Shown one piece after another: positions 35,402 to 43,992 of a stretch of 64,000 nt of DNA. Each line of letters starts with the position of its first letter. The first letter of the stretch is position 1. The stretch comes from an uncultured Ruminococcus sp. (GTDB taxonomy: Bacteria; Bacillota; Clostridia; Oscillospirales; Ruminococcaceae). The position numbers and the translations under genes were made by a program. Where the stretch lies: the NCBI GenBank assembly GCA_947177205.1, contig CAMWTO010000001.1, forward strand, positions 4,090 through 68,089, written 5' to 3'. A model generated the notes under the pieces. That model worked only from the letters and a program-made list of their open reading frames with translations, did no database searches and was not told where the DNA came from.

Positions 35402-36055
35402 ATGATTATACTGGACAGGGAAGAAACAGTGACAGCCGTTTCTCCGAAACTCCCCTCCGTAATGTTCCAGGCTGTGCCGTCGCTTGGCATCACCGGACAC
35501 AGACCTAACAAGCTCCCGAAAGAGAAGGACAGGTTTCACGCTCTGGAAAAAGCCGTTCACTATCAGCTTGACTGTCGTCTTCATGAGGGATTCCGCTGTT
35601 TCTACACCGGACTTGCCGACGGTGCGGACTACATGGCGTCGATCTATCTGGCGAAAAAACGCAATGACTTCCCGGATTTGATGCTGTTCGGGATTCAGCC
35701 GTTCCCGGATTATGAAACATTCTATGAAAAACGCTACGGCAGCATACGGACATTTTATTATATGAAATGTATGCTGGATGAATTGATCATCCTGTCAGGT
35801 AATTACGGCGAAAAGGAAAGCTTTCACCGGAGAAACAAATTCATTGTCCGACATTCTGATGCTGTTCTGGGGATCTGTGGAATCAGCAACCATTCCGGAT
35901 CTTCCAACACAATCCGGTACGCCAGGGAAATTCATGTGCCGTACTGGAGAATTGAACCTAAGCCGAATACGACCTATCTTCCGCCGCCGGAGGACTGGTA
36001 TGTGGAATACCGGCAGGACACCGGGAACATCTACCGCAAGCACCGGGACGCATGA
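35402..36055 (+). CDS. DUF1273 / SLOG-family protein (YpsA-like)
   Basis: 217 aa from ATG 35402. ITGHRPNKLP, ..EGF..F.TG.A.GAD...., FPDL....IQPF and ..RN.F.V.HSD.. align by eye with Bacillus YpsA (ITGYKP.ELG ... YPDL ... PF ... KN.F..D.SD). Confidence 0.65.
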   Translation: MIILDREETVTAVSPKLPSVMFQAVPSLGITGHRPNKLPKEKDRFHALEKAVHYQLDCRLHEGFRCFYTGLADGADYMASIYLAKKRNDFPDLMLFGIQPFPDYETFYEKRYGSIRTFYYMKCMLDELIILSGNYGEKESFHRRNKFIVRHSDAVLGICGISNHSGSSNTIRYAREIHVPYWRIEPKPNTTYLPPPEDWYVEYRQDTGNIYRKHRDA

Positions 36056-36089
36056 ACATCGTATGCAAAGTGCAAACAGATTCATGTTT

Positions 36090-36118
36090 ATTATAACACT
36101 AAATTCTTAAAAAAGCAA
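36090..36118 (-). promoter_or_regulatory. near-consensus minus-strand promoter pointing antisense into the DUF1273 gene
   Basis: Minus strand: TTGCTT - 17 nt (TTTTAAGAATTTAGTGT) - TATAAT, with a TGT extended -10. There is no annotated minus-strand gene downstream until alr. Confidence 0.55.
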
Positions 36119-36159
36119 GTGCCGGAAAGAACTTTCCAATGCTGAAAAAATGATAGAAA

Positions 36160-36187
36160 TTTTTCCGGAAAAAACCAGAATTCTGGT
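36160..36187 (+). promoter_or_regulatory. two abutting perfect 14-bp palindromes in the leader of the LCP-like gene
   Basis: TTTTTCCGGAAAAA (36160-36173) is directly followed by ACCAGAATTCTGGT (36174-36187). Confidence 0.8.
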
Positions 36188-36257
36188 AGATAGTACCAGA
36201 TGATATTGAAAAATTAAAATTTAAAATTCAAAGCCCGGAAAGGAGAATTGGAATATT

Positions 36258-37217
36258 ATGGCAAAATCTAAGAAAGGACATGTCGCCATCCCGTTCCTGC
36301 TTGCATTTCTGCTCGGAATTGTCTGCATCGGCGGTATTGCCATGTACCTGTTCAACAGAATCAGTTCGAAAGAGGGTATCCAGAAAATGCACAGCAGTGT
36401 CGTTCAGCCGACTGCCGAAGACAGCTGTACGCTGTTGTTTGTCCTGGATGAACCGGAGGACGCCAGTCCGCTGACGTTTGTCATTGCAAGAGTCATTCCG
36501 GAAGACAAGCGAATTATGTTATTGTCCCTGCCGTCGAACATGCTTTCTATTGTGAATGACAAGCAGGACACACTTGCGGGATTCTACCGGAAAGGCGGCA
36601 TCCAGTCCGTCATGGATGCTATTGAGAGCGAAGCGGAGATCCGGACGGACAGATATATTATTCTGGATTCTGAATCATTCCAGAAAATCTGTAATATTTT
36701 TGCAGGTGTCTATTATCAGATCCCGGTAGGGACGCAAGGCTTTGCGGACAGCTCCGAACCGCAGTATTTAGGACCTTCTCAGATTGAGAAATTAATCACC
36801 AATCCATTTTTTGAAAAGGGAGAAAGCCAAAGAAGTTCTGTTGTTGCGGATGTCCTGTGTGAGATGATTAACCAGACAGACTACGACCGGATTGAAGCGT
36901 CTATGGATTCGAGTTTCCGGACATTAATTAATATGATGAATACAAATATTTCTTCGATTGATTACAGCGATCATAGAGCAGCCCTGAAATTCATGTATAC
37001 TTATGGAAGCAGGATCTGTACATTCCGGCTAGCCACAGGGACGACCAGCGAAGACAATATTTTTGTCCTGAACACGGATTTTTATGATAGTATCAAAGAA
37101 TTTTTCCCGGAGAATTCAGAAAATTCAGGTAATCAGGATAATTCTGTCACGCCGGCACAGGCGGCAGATAATCCGGAAAATTCAGATCATCCCGAAGAAA
37201 GTGGCTTAGAATCATGA
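36258..37217 (+). CDS. LytR-CpsA-Psr (LCP)-like membrane-anchored protein (divergent)
   Basis: 319 aa with an N-terminal TM anchor. The ..LLFVLD.......F.IARV.P...RI.LLSLPSN........DTLA.FY..GG......AIE.......DRYI.LDS..F..I...F.GV.Y.IP pattern follows the LCP domain. The C-terminal tail is E-N-S/P low-complexity. Confidence 0.55.
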   Translation: MAKSKKGHVAIPFLLAFLLGIVCIGGIAMYLFNRISSKEGIQKMHSSVVQPTAEDSCTLLFVLDEPEDASPLTFVIARVIPEDKRIMLLSLPSNMLSIVNDKQDTLAGFYRKGGIQSVMDAIESEAEIRTDRYIILDSESFQKICNIFAGVYYQIPVGTQGFADSSEPQYLGPSQIEKLITNPFFEKGESQRSSVVADVLCEMINQTDYDRIEASMDSSFRTLINMMNTNISSIDYSDHRAALKFMYTYGSRICTFRLATGTTSEDNIFVLNTDFYDSIKEFFPENSENSGNQDNSVTPAQAADNPENSDHPEESGLES

Positions 37218-37987
37218 AGCACAGGATATTTGATTCTCATGCGCATTACGCAGATCATCAATTTGACGCCGACCGGGAAGAACTATTAGGGAATATTCTC
37301 CCTTCGCAGGGGGTCAGATCTATTATGCTTGCCGGGATTCAGATCCCGGACTGTTATGAGAGCCAGAAACTTGCAGAAAGCTATGATTATCTGTATTGCA
37401 GCGCCGGGATTCACCCCGAATATGTCGGGGATATCCCACAGGACTGGGAACAGCAGATCCGGACGCTTGCGCAACATGAAAAATGCCGTGCCATTGGTGA
37501 AATCGGATTAGATTATTACTGGCATCCGGAAGAAAAAGAGATACAGAAAGAAATATTGAAAAAACAGTTGAATCTTGCGCAGGAACTGGATCTCCCTGTC
37601 ATTCTGCACATCCGGGATGCTATGGGCGATGCGGTGGAAATTCTGAAAGAATACAGGCCCCGTGGCGTCATGCACTGTTACAACGGCGCCCCGGAAATCA
37701 CCAGGGAATTATTAAAAATTCCGGAGCTGTATTTTAGTTTTTCCGGCGTGATTACTTATCGGAATGCCAGAAAACCGGTGGAATCCCTGAAAATTCTCCC
37801 GCCGGACAGAATTATGATCGAAACGGATTGTCCCTATTTAGCGCCCGAACCATTCCGGCACAAACGCTGTGACAGCAGGATGATTGAACACACCGCACAG
37901 CGTATGGCGGAAATCCGGAATATTTCCGTGCAGGAACTGGAAGAACTGACCTGTGCGAATGCAAAAAAATTATTTAAAATCATTTAA
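37214..37987 (+). CDS. tatD: TatD-family metal-dependent hydrolase (DNase)
   Basis: 257 aa. FDSHAH at the N-terminus, GEIGLDY, HIRDA, and E.TD.PYL motifs. ATGA overlap with the upstream gene. Confidence 0.88.
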   Translation: MKHRIFDSHAHYADHQFDADREELLGNILPSQGVRSIMLAGIQIPDCYESQKLAESYDYLYCSAGIHPEYVGDIPQDWEQQIRTLAQHEKCRAIGEIGLDYYWHPEEKEIQKEILKKQLNLAQELDLPVILHIRDAMGDAVEILKEYRPRGVMHCYNGAPEITRELLKIPELYFSFSGVITYRNARKPVESLKILPPDRIMIETDCPYLAPEPFRHKRCDSRMIEHTAQRMAEIRNISVQELEELTCANAKKLFKII

Positions 37988-37991
37988 AATC

Positions 37992-38020
37992 TTGACTTTC
38001 CGGAAATTTTAGTTTATAAT
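37992..38020 (+). promoter_or_regulatory. sigma-A-type promoter for secDF
   Basis: TTGACT - 17 nt (TTCCGGAAATTTTAGTT) - TATAAT. Confidence 0.7.
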
Positions 38021-38121
38021 TATTTCATAATAATGCAGATTTGCAGATGATGGGAAAATTAAAATTCTGGGAATTCTGCAAAAAATGAAAAATTCAAAAA
38101 ATAATAAGGAGGATTTCAATT

Positions 38122-40443
38122 TTGAAACGCAAAACAAAAAAGCCTGTCTTTTTTGTCGTCTTTTTTCTGGTGTTAGCGTTTGCACTGTCCACAGTATTCG
38201 GCATTGCAAGCTACAAAGGCGACATTAAGACCACCTACGTCCACGGACTCGAAGACATCCGTCTGGGGATTGACATTCAGGGCGGTGTGGATGTCACATT
38301 TGAACCGGAGGACGATCTGGACGCCACAGAAGAGCAGATGGATGCTGCTCTGCAGGTCATCAAACTCCGTCTGACAACGCTCGGCATTAATGACAGTGAA
38401 ACCTATGTGGATTACAATAACAGCCGGATCATTGTCAGATTCCCATGGCAGTCCGGTGAGGAAAATTTTGATCCTGCCGCCGCTGTCAATGAACTTGGTC
38501 AGATGTCAGAATTAACATTCCGTTATGGGACGGATATCACAGGAGAAGCGATTCTGACCGGCGCAGACGTTGCCGAGGCCGCACCTGGTTACAATCAGCA
38601 GGAAGATTTATGGGTTGTACAATTGAAACTGAACGAATCCGGCAAGGAGGCGTTTGCCACAGCAACTTCCGCACAGGCAGCCAATAATGGTTATATTTCC
38701 ATCTGGATGGATGAAACCCGTATTTCCAGTGCGACAGTCAACGAGGCAATTACAAGCGGCGATGCCGTTATTTCGGGTAATTTCACGGCGGGATCCGCAA
38801 AGGAATTAGCAGATCAGATTACATCCGGTGCGTTACCGTTCTCTTTGCGGGCAACCAGTACAAAGACATTGTCTCCGACGCTTGGCGCAGGGGCATTGTA
38901 TGCGATGATTTTAAGCGGCTTGATTTCCCTGGTATTTATCTGCATTTACATGCTCATCCTGTACAGAGTTCCCGGCTTCATTGCCGTGATTGGATTGATT
39001 GGACAGGTAGCCGGCATGCTTGCCGGTGTTTCCGGCTGGTTTGGATTCCTGCCGAGTTCTACACTTACAATTCCCGGTATTGCAGGTATTATTTTATCTG
39101 TTGGCATGGGCGTAGACTGTAATATCATTACAGCCGAGAGAATCCGGGAAGAATTATCTCAGGGCAAGAGCCTGGAATCTTCTTTGAAAGCCGGTTATCA
39201 GAACGCATTTTCTGCGATTTTGGACGGTAACCTGACGCTTGCCATTGTTGCCGTGATCCTGATGGGTGCATTTGGTACAAATACGAATTTTGTGACAAAA
39301 ATTCTGGATGCTACGATTTTCTATTTCTTCGGCGCAACAACGGAAGGATTTATTTATTCTTTCGGATTTACCCTGATTATGGGTGTCATTCTCAATTTCA
39401 TCATGGGTGTGGCAGCGGCAAGAATTCTGACATTCTCGCTTTCCAAATTCAAGGCATTTCAGAAACCGTCTCTTTATGGCTACAAGAAAGATACTTACAA
39501 AGAAGCAAAATTACTGCATTTCAGTGAAAACAAGAAAAAATTCTTTGTGATTTCCGCAGTTCTGGTTGTGCTCTCTCTGTGTACCAGTTTTCTGGGCGTG
39601 GAAGTTTCCATTGACTTCAAGGGCGGTACCATCGTGTCTTATTCCTATCATGGGGAACTGGATGAGAATGCCTGCCAGTCTGAACTTGAAAGCATTCTGA
39701 ATACGCCTGTCACAATCCAGAAAGGCGAAAGCTTTGATGCAGATACGAATATTTTAACAGTTTCGTTCAGTTATGATCAGAGTCTGACACTGGAGCAACA
39801 GGAAGAAATGCTCGAAGTTATGACAAATACTTACGCAGAGAATGCAATTGAGGAACTGGAAAGCAATGATGTCAGTGCATCTTCCGGACGTGAATTTTTC
39901 GCAAAATGTATCGTAGCTGTGATTTTTGCGGCAATTATTTTAATTATTTATATTGCACTGCGATTCAAGAAGATCAGCGGCTGGTCTGCCGGTGTATTCA
40001 CAGTTATGACACTTCTGCATGATATTATCATTACTTACGGTAGTTTTGTCCTGTGCGGTTTTGAGATTGACTCGAACTTCATGGCAGTTGTCCTGACAAT
40101 CTTCGGTTATTCTATCAATAATACGATTATTGTCTATGACAGAATCCGTGAAAATGAGCAGAAACTTCCAAAAGCAACCGTTATTTCTGAGCTTGTCAAT
40201 TTAAGCGCAAGCCAGACCATGCGCCGTTCTCTGAGAACTTCCATTACAACTGTAGCAACCATGATTATCATCAGCGTTGTGGCAGGCATCTTCAATGTGA
40301 CAAGCATTCTGAGTTTCTCTGTGCCGATGACATTCGGACTGATCGCCGGGACATATTCCTCCCAATGTATTGCGCCGACATTGTGGGTATGGTGGAATGA
40401 ACGTCATGGCAACAAGCAGATCAGTGATGTTACAGGAAAATAA
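38122..40443 (+). CDS. secDF: protein translocase subunit SecDF (fused)
   Basis: 773 aa with a TTG start 8 nt after AAGGAGG. SecD periplasmic domain plus 6 TM segments, then a SecF-type domain (..IDFKGGT..) plus 6 TM segments. Confidence 0.9.
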   Translation: MKRKTKKPVFFVVFFLVLAFALSTVFGIASYKGDIKTTYVHGLEDIRLGIDIQGGVDVTFEPEDDLDATEEQMDAALQVIKLRLTTLGINDSETYVDYNNSRIIVRFPWQSGEENFDPAAAVNELGQMSELTFRYGTDITGEAILTGADVAEAAPGYNQQEDLWVVQLKLNESGKEAFATATSAQAANNGYISIWMDETRISSATVNEAITSGDAVISGNFTAGSAKELADQITSGALPFSLRATSTKTLSPTLGAGALYAMILSGLISLVFICIYMLILYRVPGFIAVIGLIGQVAGMLAGVSGWFGFLPSSTLTIPGIAGIILSVGMGVDCNIITAERIREELSQGKSLESSLKAGYQNAFSAILDGNLTLAIVAVILMGAFGTNTNFVTKILDATIFYFFGATTEGFIYSFGFTLIMGVILNFIMGVAAARILTFSLSKFKAFQKPSLYGYKKDTYKEAKLLHFSENKKKFFVISAVLVVLSLCTSFLGVEVSIDFKGGTIVSYSYHGELDENACQSELESILNTPVTIQKGESFDADTNILTVSFSYDQSLTLEQQEEMLEVMTNTYAENAIEELESNDVSASSGREFFAKCIVAVIFAAIILIIYIALRFKKISGWSAGVFTVMTLLHDIIITYGSFVLCGFEIDSNFMAVVLTIFGYSINNTIIVYDRIRENEQKLPKATVISELVNLSASQTMRRSLRTSITTVATMIIISVVAGIFNVTSILSFSVPMTFGLIAGTYSSQCIAPTLWVWWNERHGNKQISDVTGK

Positions 40444-40470
40444 TTTTTAAAATTATTTTTAAATTCCATT

Positions 40471-40509
40471 ATCAGCCGTCCACTTTCAGACAGGACGGCT
40501 GATTTTTTC
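40471..40509 (+). terminator. intrinsic terminator after secDF
   Basis: ATCAGCCGTCC (40471-40481) / GGACGGCTGAT (40493-40503), an 11-bp perfect stem, followed by TTTTTT. Confidence 0.85.
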
Positions 40510-40609
40510 GTGAAAAATGATGATTCTTGAGCAAAATAATTGATGATTTTGACAAAAATTGCAGAAATACTTGTATCTGGTTTTAAAATATGCTATAATA
40601 GCATTGGAC

Positions 40610-41002
40610 TTATACTGCAAGCGCATTCAGTTTCGGTTCAAGAAGATCATACAGCGCTTTTGCCGGGATACTTGTGAAATACCAGAATGTCGAGTGCAGT
40701 AAACAGATCTGTCCGTGAAAATTCAGCGGCAGATGACTATAATCCCAGACATCCCATCCCAGATATAAATTGACAATGACACCCACAGCAAGTTCAAAAG
40801 ACGTGATAATCACTGCGCCGAACAGATACAAAAATTGCCGGGGCATGGGTGGTGCATTCCGGAATGCAACAGACATCATCAGGAAGACAACGCCGCCGGT
40901 GAGCGTCATTGTCCAGTGTGTATAGCCTCTTGCGAGAATTTCAATTAAGGCATAGAGAAAATACCCCATCAGAAACGGGATTGTCAGTTTTGCAATTTTC
41001 AA
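40610..41002 (-). CDS. DUF1113-type small polytopic membrane protein
   Basis: 130 aa with a TTG start and 4 TM segments. The ..Y.L.E...RG.THW.M...GG.. and ..WDYS..P.N..G.I.L motifs resemble PF06541-like proteins. Confidence 0.55.
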   Translation of the reverse strand: MKIAKLTIPFLMGYFLYALIEILARGYTHWTMTLTGGVVFLMMSVAFRNAPPMPRQFLYLFGAVIITSFELAVGVIVNLYLGWDVWDYSHLPLNFHGQICLLHSTFWYFTSIPAKALYDLLEPKLNALAV

Positions 41003-41066
41003 GTGCGTGACCTCCTGATTGATAGATTAAAATACAGGAATATTTTACCCGGAAAGGAGCTTGTTT

Positions 41067-42305
41067 ATGCAGTGGATTCTTCTGATTCTGTGCGCTCTGC
41101 TCGTCGCTGTCGCTGTTGTTCAAGGCAGAATGTTATTGCAGCTTTGGGATCAGATGAAAAATTCAGAAAATTCAGAGAATCCGGAAAATCAGCAGTTCGC
41201 TTTGCAGGAAGAAAAACTGGAACAGATTCAAGATCAGCTCACAGAACAGCTTAACAGAATGAATTTCTTTCTAAAAAGTTCATCCCAGGAAAATGATGAT
41301 AAGCTTTTGCATGTTCAGGTCATCATGCAGAGAAATTTTCAGATGATGGAAGAAGAAATGCGCAGCCTGATGGATGAGAAAATGCAGGATGTCCTTGATA
41401 CCCGTTTTCAGCAGGCATTCTCCGCAGTAAATCTCCGGTTGGAACAGGTGCACCGGGGACTTGGAGAGATGCAGGCACTTGCCGGGAGTGTGGGAGATCT
41501 CAAAAAAATTTTTTCCAATGTCAAGCTCCGGGGGGAAGTCGGCGAAATTCAGTTAGAAGCAATTTTGTCTGATTTTTTAAGCGAAAAGCAATATCTTAAA
41601 AATGCCAGGATCGGCAAAGGACAGGTAGAATTTGCCGTCCGGATGCCGGATCGCAACGGACGGGAATTGCTGCTGCCGGTGGATTCCAAATTTCCGGCGG
41701 ATACCTACAGAAATTTACTGGACGCCTGTGAATCCGGAGACAAAAATCGGATTACAAATGCAAGAAAGCAGTTTGCGGACAGAATCCGGAGTGAGGCAAA
41801 AGACATTTCCGGGAAATATCTGCAACCGCCCTTGACAACAGATTTCGGGATTTTGTTTTTCCCGACGGAGAATTTATATGCAGAAGTTCTGCAATCCGGG
41901 TTGCAGGAAGAATTGTTCCGGAAATACCGGATTTTTGTCACAAGTCCGTCCACGCTCACAGCATTGCTGGTGAGTTTGCAAGCAGGATTTCAGAGCATTG
42001 CGATTCAGAATCAAAGTATAGAAATCCAGGCATTATTTGAAGAAATCCGGGAAGAATTTGATAAATTCACAGACGCTCTGGCAAGAACACAGGACAGAAT
42101 TTCCAGTGCAAGCGATGAATTGGAACGATTAGTGGGTGTGCGCACACGGCAGATGCACCGGAAGCTGCATCATGTACAGAATTATCTGACGGAAGAATCT
42201 CCTATTGCTTGTGAAAATTATAATAAAAATCATGAAAATAAAAAAGAGTCCCGGAAAATAAAAATTTCTAAGAAAATCAGAAAAATCAGAAAATCTAAAG
42301 AGTGA
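41067..42305 (+). CDS. rmuC: DNA recombination protein RmuC
   Basis: About 412 aa from ATG 41067, 7 nt after GGAG. N-terminal TM segment, long coiled-coil, then a conserved RmuC nuclease-like core (..RGE.GE..LE..L........Y........VEFA...P......LP.DSKFP...Y..). Confidence 0.85.
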   Translation: MQWILLILCALLVAVAVVQGRMLLQLWDQMKNSENSENPENQQFALQEEKLEQIQDQLTEQLNRMNFFLKSSSQENDDKLLHVQVIMQRNFQMMEEEMRSLMDEKMQDVLDTRFQQAFSAVNLRLEQVHRGLGEMQALAGSVGDLKKIFSNVKLRGEVGEIQLEAILSDFLSEKQYLKNARIGKGQVEFAVRMPDRNGRELLLPVDSKFPADTYRNLLDACESGDKNRITNARKQFADRIRSEAKDISGKYLQPPLTTDFGILFFPTENLYAEVLQSGLQEELFRKYRIFVTSPSTLTALLVSLQAGFQSIAIQNQSIEIQALFEEIREEFDKFTDALARTQDRISSASDELERLVGVRTRQMHRKLHHVQNYLTEESPIACENYNKNHENKKESRKIKISKKIRKIRKSKE

Positions 42306-42363
42306 AATCTGAATTTTTAAATTTATTTTTAAAAATTTTAAAAAAGGAGCAAATTATTCAATT

Positions 42364-43992
42364 ATGAGAAAAAGTGGTATTCTGCTGCATATTTCCAGCC
42401 TGCCGTCACGATATGGCATCGGCAGAATGGGAAAATCAGCCTATGATTTTGTGGATTTTCTCCAGGCAAGCGAAACGGCTTACTGGCAGATTCTTCCGTT
42501 GTCGCCGACAAGCTATGGAGATTCGCCCTATCAGTCATTCTCGGTCTATGCCGGAAATCCGTATTTTATTGATTTCGAGAAACTTGAAGAACTCGGTCTG
42601 CTCGAACGTGAAGACTATGCGGCAATGCTTTGGCAGAGAAACACGGACAGCATTGATTATGAATTATTATACCGGAGCAATATCACCGTTCTGAAACGGG
42701 CATTTGCCAGATTCCGCAAACAAAAATTAAGAGGCTACACAGCGTTCAAGAATGCCAACAAGCACTGGCTTCCGGATTATGCGCTGTTTATGGCGCTGAA
42801 AGATTCTCATGACGGTGCGCCCTGGTATGAATGGGAACAGGGACTTGCCATGCGTGACCCTGGCGCTTTGGAATCTTCTCGGAAATCCCTGGCTGATGAA
42901 ATAGAATTATACTGTTTTATTCAATTCATGTTCTCTCAGCAGTGGAGTGCCCTGAAAAAATATGCCAATCAGCACCAGGTGGAAATCATCGGGGACATGC
43001 CGATCTATGTGGCTTATGACAGTGCGGATGTGTGGGCATCTCCGGAATTGTTTGACCTCGATGACCAGAAAAAACCGGTAGAAGTCGCAGGATGTCCGCC
43101 GGATCCGTTTTCGCCGACTGGACAGCTTTGGGGGAATCCGTTGTATCATTGGGAGTATCACACAAAAAATAATTTCAGTTGGTGGACATCCCGCCTGAAA
43201 TTTGCGGCGGATCTGTATGACGTGATCCGGATTGATCATTTCCGGGGATTTGAAAGTTATTATACAATTCCTTACGGAAGCAAGGATGCTGTCAAAGGCA
43301 AATGGCGCAAAGGACCAAATAAAAAATTATTCCAGGCTGTGGGCAGGGAATTGGGCGGTCTGAATATCATTGCGGAAGACCTGGGATTTATTACGCCTGC
43401 TGTCCGGAATATGCTCAAAGTATTGCATTATCCTGGTATGAAAGTTCTGCAGTTCGGCTTTGACAGTGATCCGGACAATGAACATCTGCCGCATAATTTT
43501 GTATCACCGCATTGTGTTGTTTATACAGGGACGCATGACAATCAGACATTAAAAGGCTGGTTGGAAGATTCTGACAAGAATACCATCAAATATGCAAAAA
43601 AATATTTAAGAGTCCGGAAAAAATCCGAAATCCCGGATGCAATGATTGCCTGTGCATGGCAGAGCATTGCAGAATTATCCGTAGCGCAGATGCAGGATTT
43701 TTTGAATGCCGGGAAATCCGGTCGGATGAACACGCCGTCCGTTTTGGGTGGCAACTGGCAGTACCGGACATGCGAAGAAGATTTCTCAGAAGATCTTGCA
43801 AAGCAGATCCGGAAACTGAACCGGACGTATGGCAGAGCTGTGAAGAAACCGGAAAAATCCGGGAATTCAAAAAAATCCACTCCGGCAAACAGAAAGCCGG
43901 TCAGAAGATATCATCATCCAAAAAATAATGTTAATACTATTAACAATATTAATAAAAATACGAATCATAAGCCGGAGGAAACTGAATCATGA
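42364..43992 (+). CDS. malQ: 4-alpha-glucanotransferase (amylomaltase, GH77) with a basic C-terminal extension
   Basis: 542 aa. SGILLHISSLPS.YGIG, YWQILPL.PT..GDSPYQS, IGDMPIYV, IRIDHFRGF, and TGTHDN motifs. The last ~50 aa are a K/N/P-rich tail not expected in MalQ. Confidence 0.9.
   Translation: MRKSGILLHISSLPSRYGIGRMGKSAYDFVDFLQASETAYWQILPLSPTSYGDSPYQSFSVYAGNPYFIDFEKLEELGLLEREDYAAMLWQRNTDSIDYELLYRSNITVLKRAFARFRKQKLRGYTAFKNANKHWLPDYALFMALKDSHDGAPWYEWEQGLAMRDPGALESSRKSLADEIELYCFIQFMFSQQWSALKKYANQHQVEIIGDMPIYVAYDSADVWASPELFDLDDQKKPVEVAGCPPDPFSPTGQLWGNPLYHWEYHTKNNFSWWTSRLKFAADLYDVIRIDHFRGFESYYTIPYGSKDAVKGKWRKGPNKKLFQAVGRELGGLNIIAEDLGFITPAVRNMLKVLHYPGMKVLQFGFDSDPDNEHLPHNFVSPHCVVYTGTHDNQTLKGWLEDSDKNTIKYAKKYLRVRKKSEIPDAMIACAWQSIAELSVAQMQDFLNAGKSGRMNTPSVLGGNWQYRTCEEDFSEDLAKQIRKLNRTYGRAVKKPEKSGNSKKSTPANRKPVRRYHHPKNNVNTINNINKNTNHKPEETES

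Noticed and set aside
35795-36085. The 96-aa minus-strand ORF immediately downstream of the antisense promoter, considered as a real (leaderless) gene.
   Set aside because: It fully overlaps the conserved DUF1273 CDS in antisense. Its Cys/Arg/Pro/Val-rich composition is typical of shadow frames. It is retained only as part of the antisense-RNA hypothesis.
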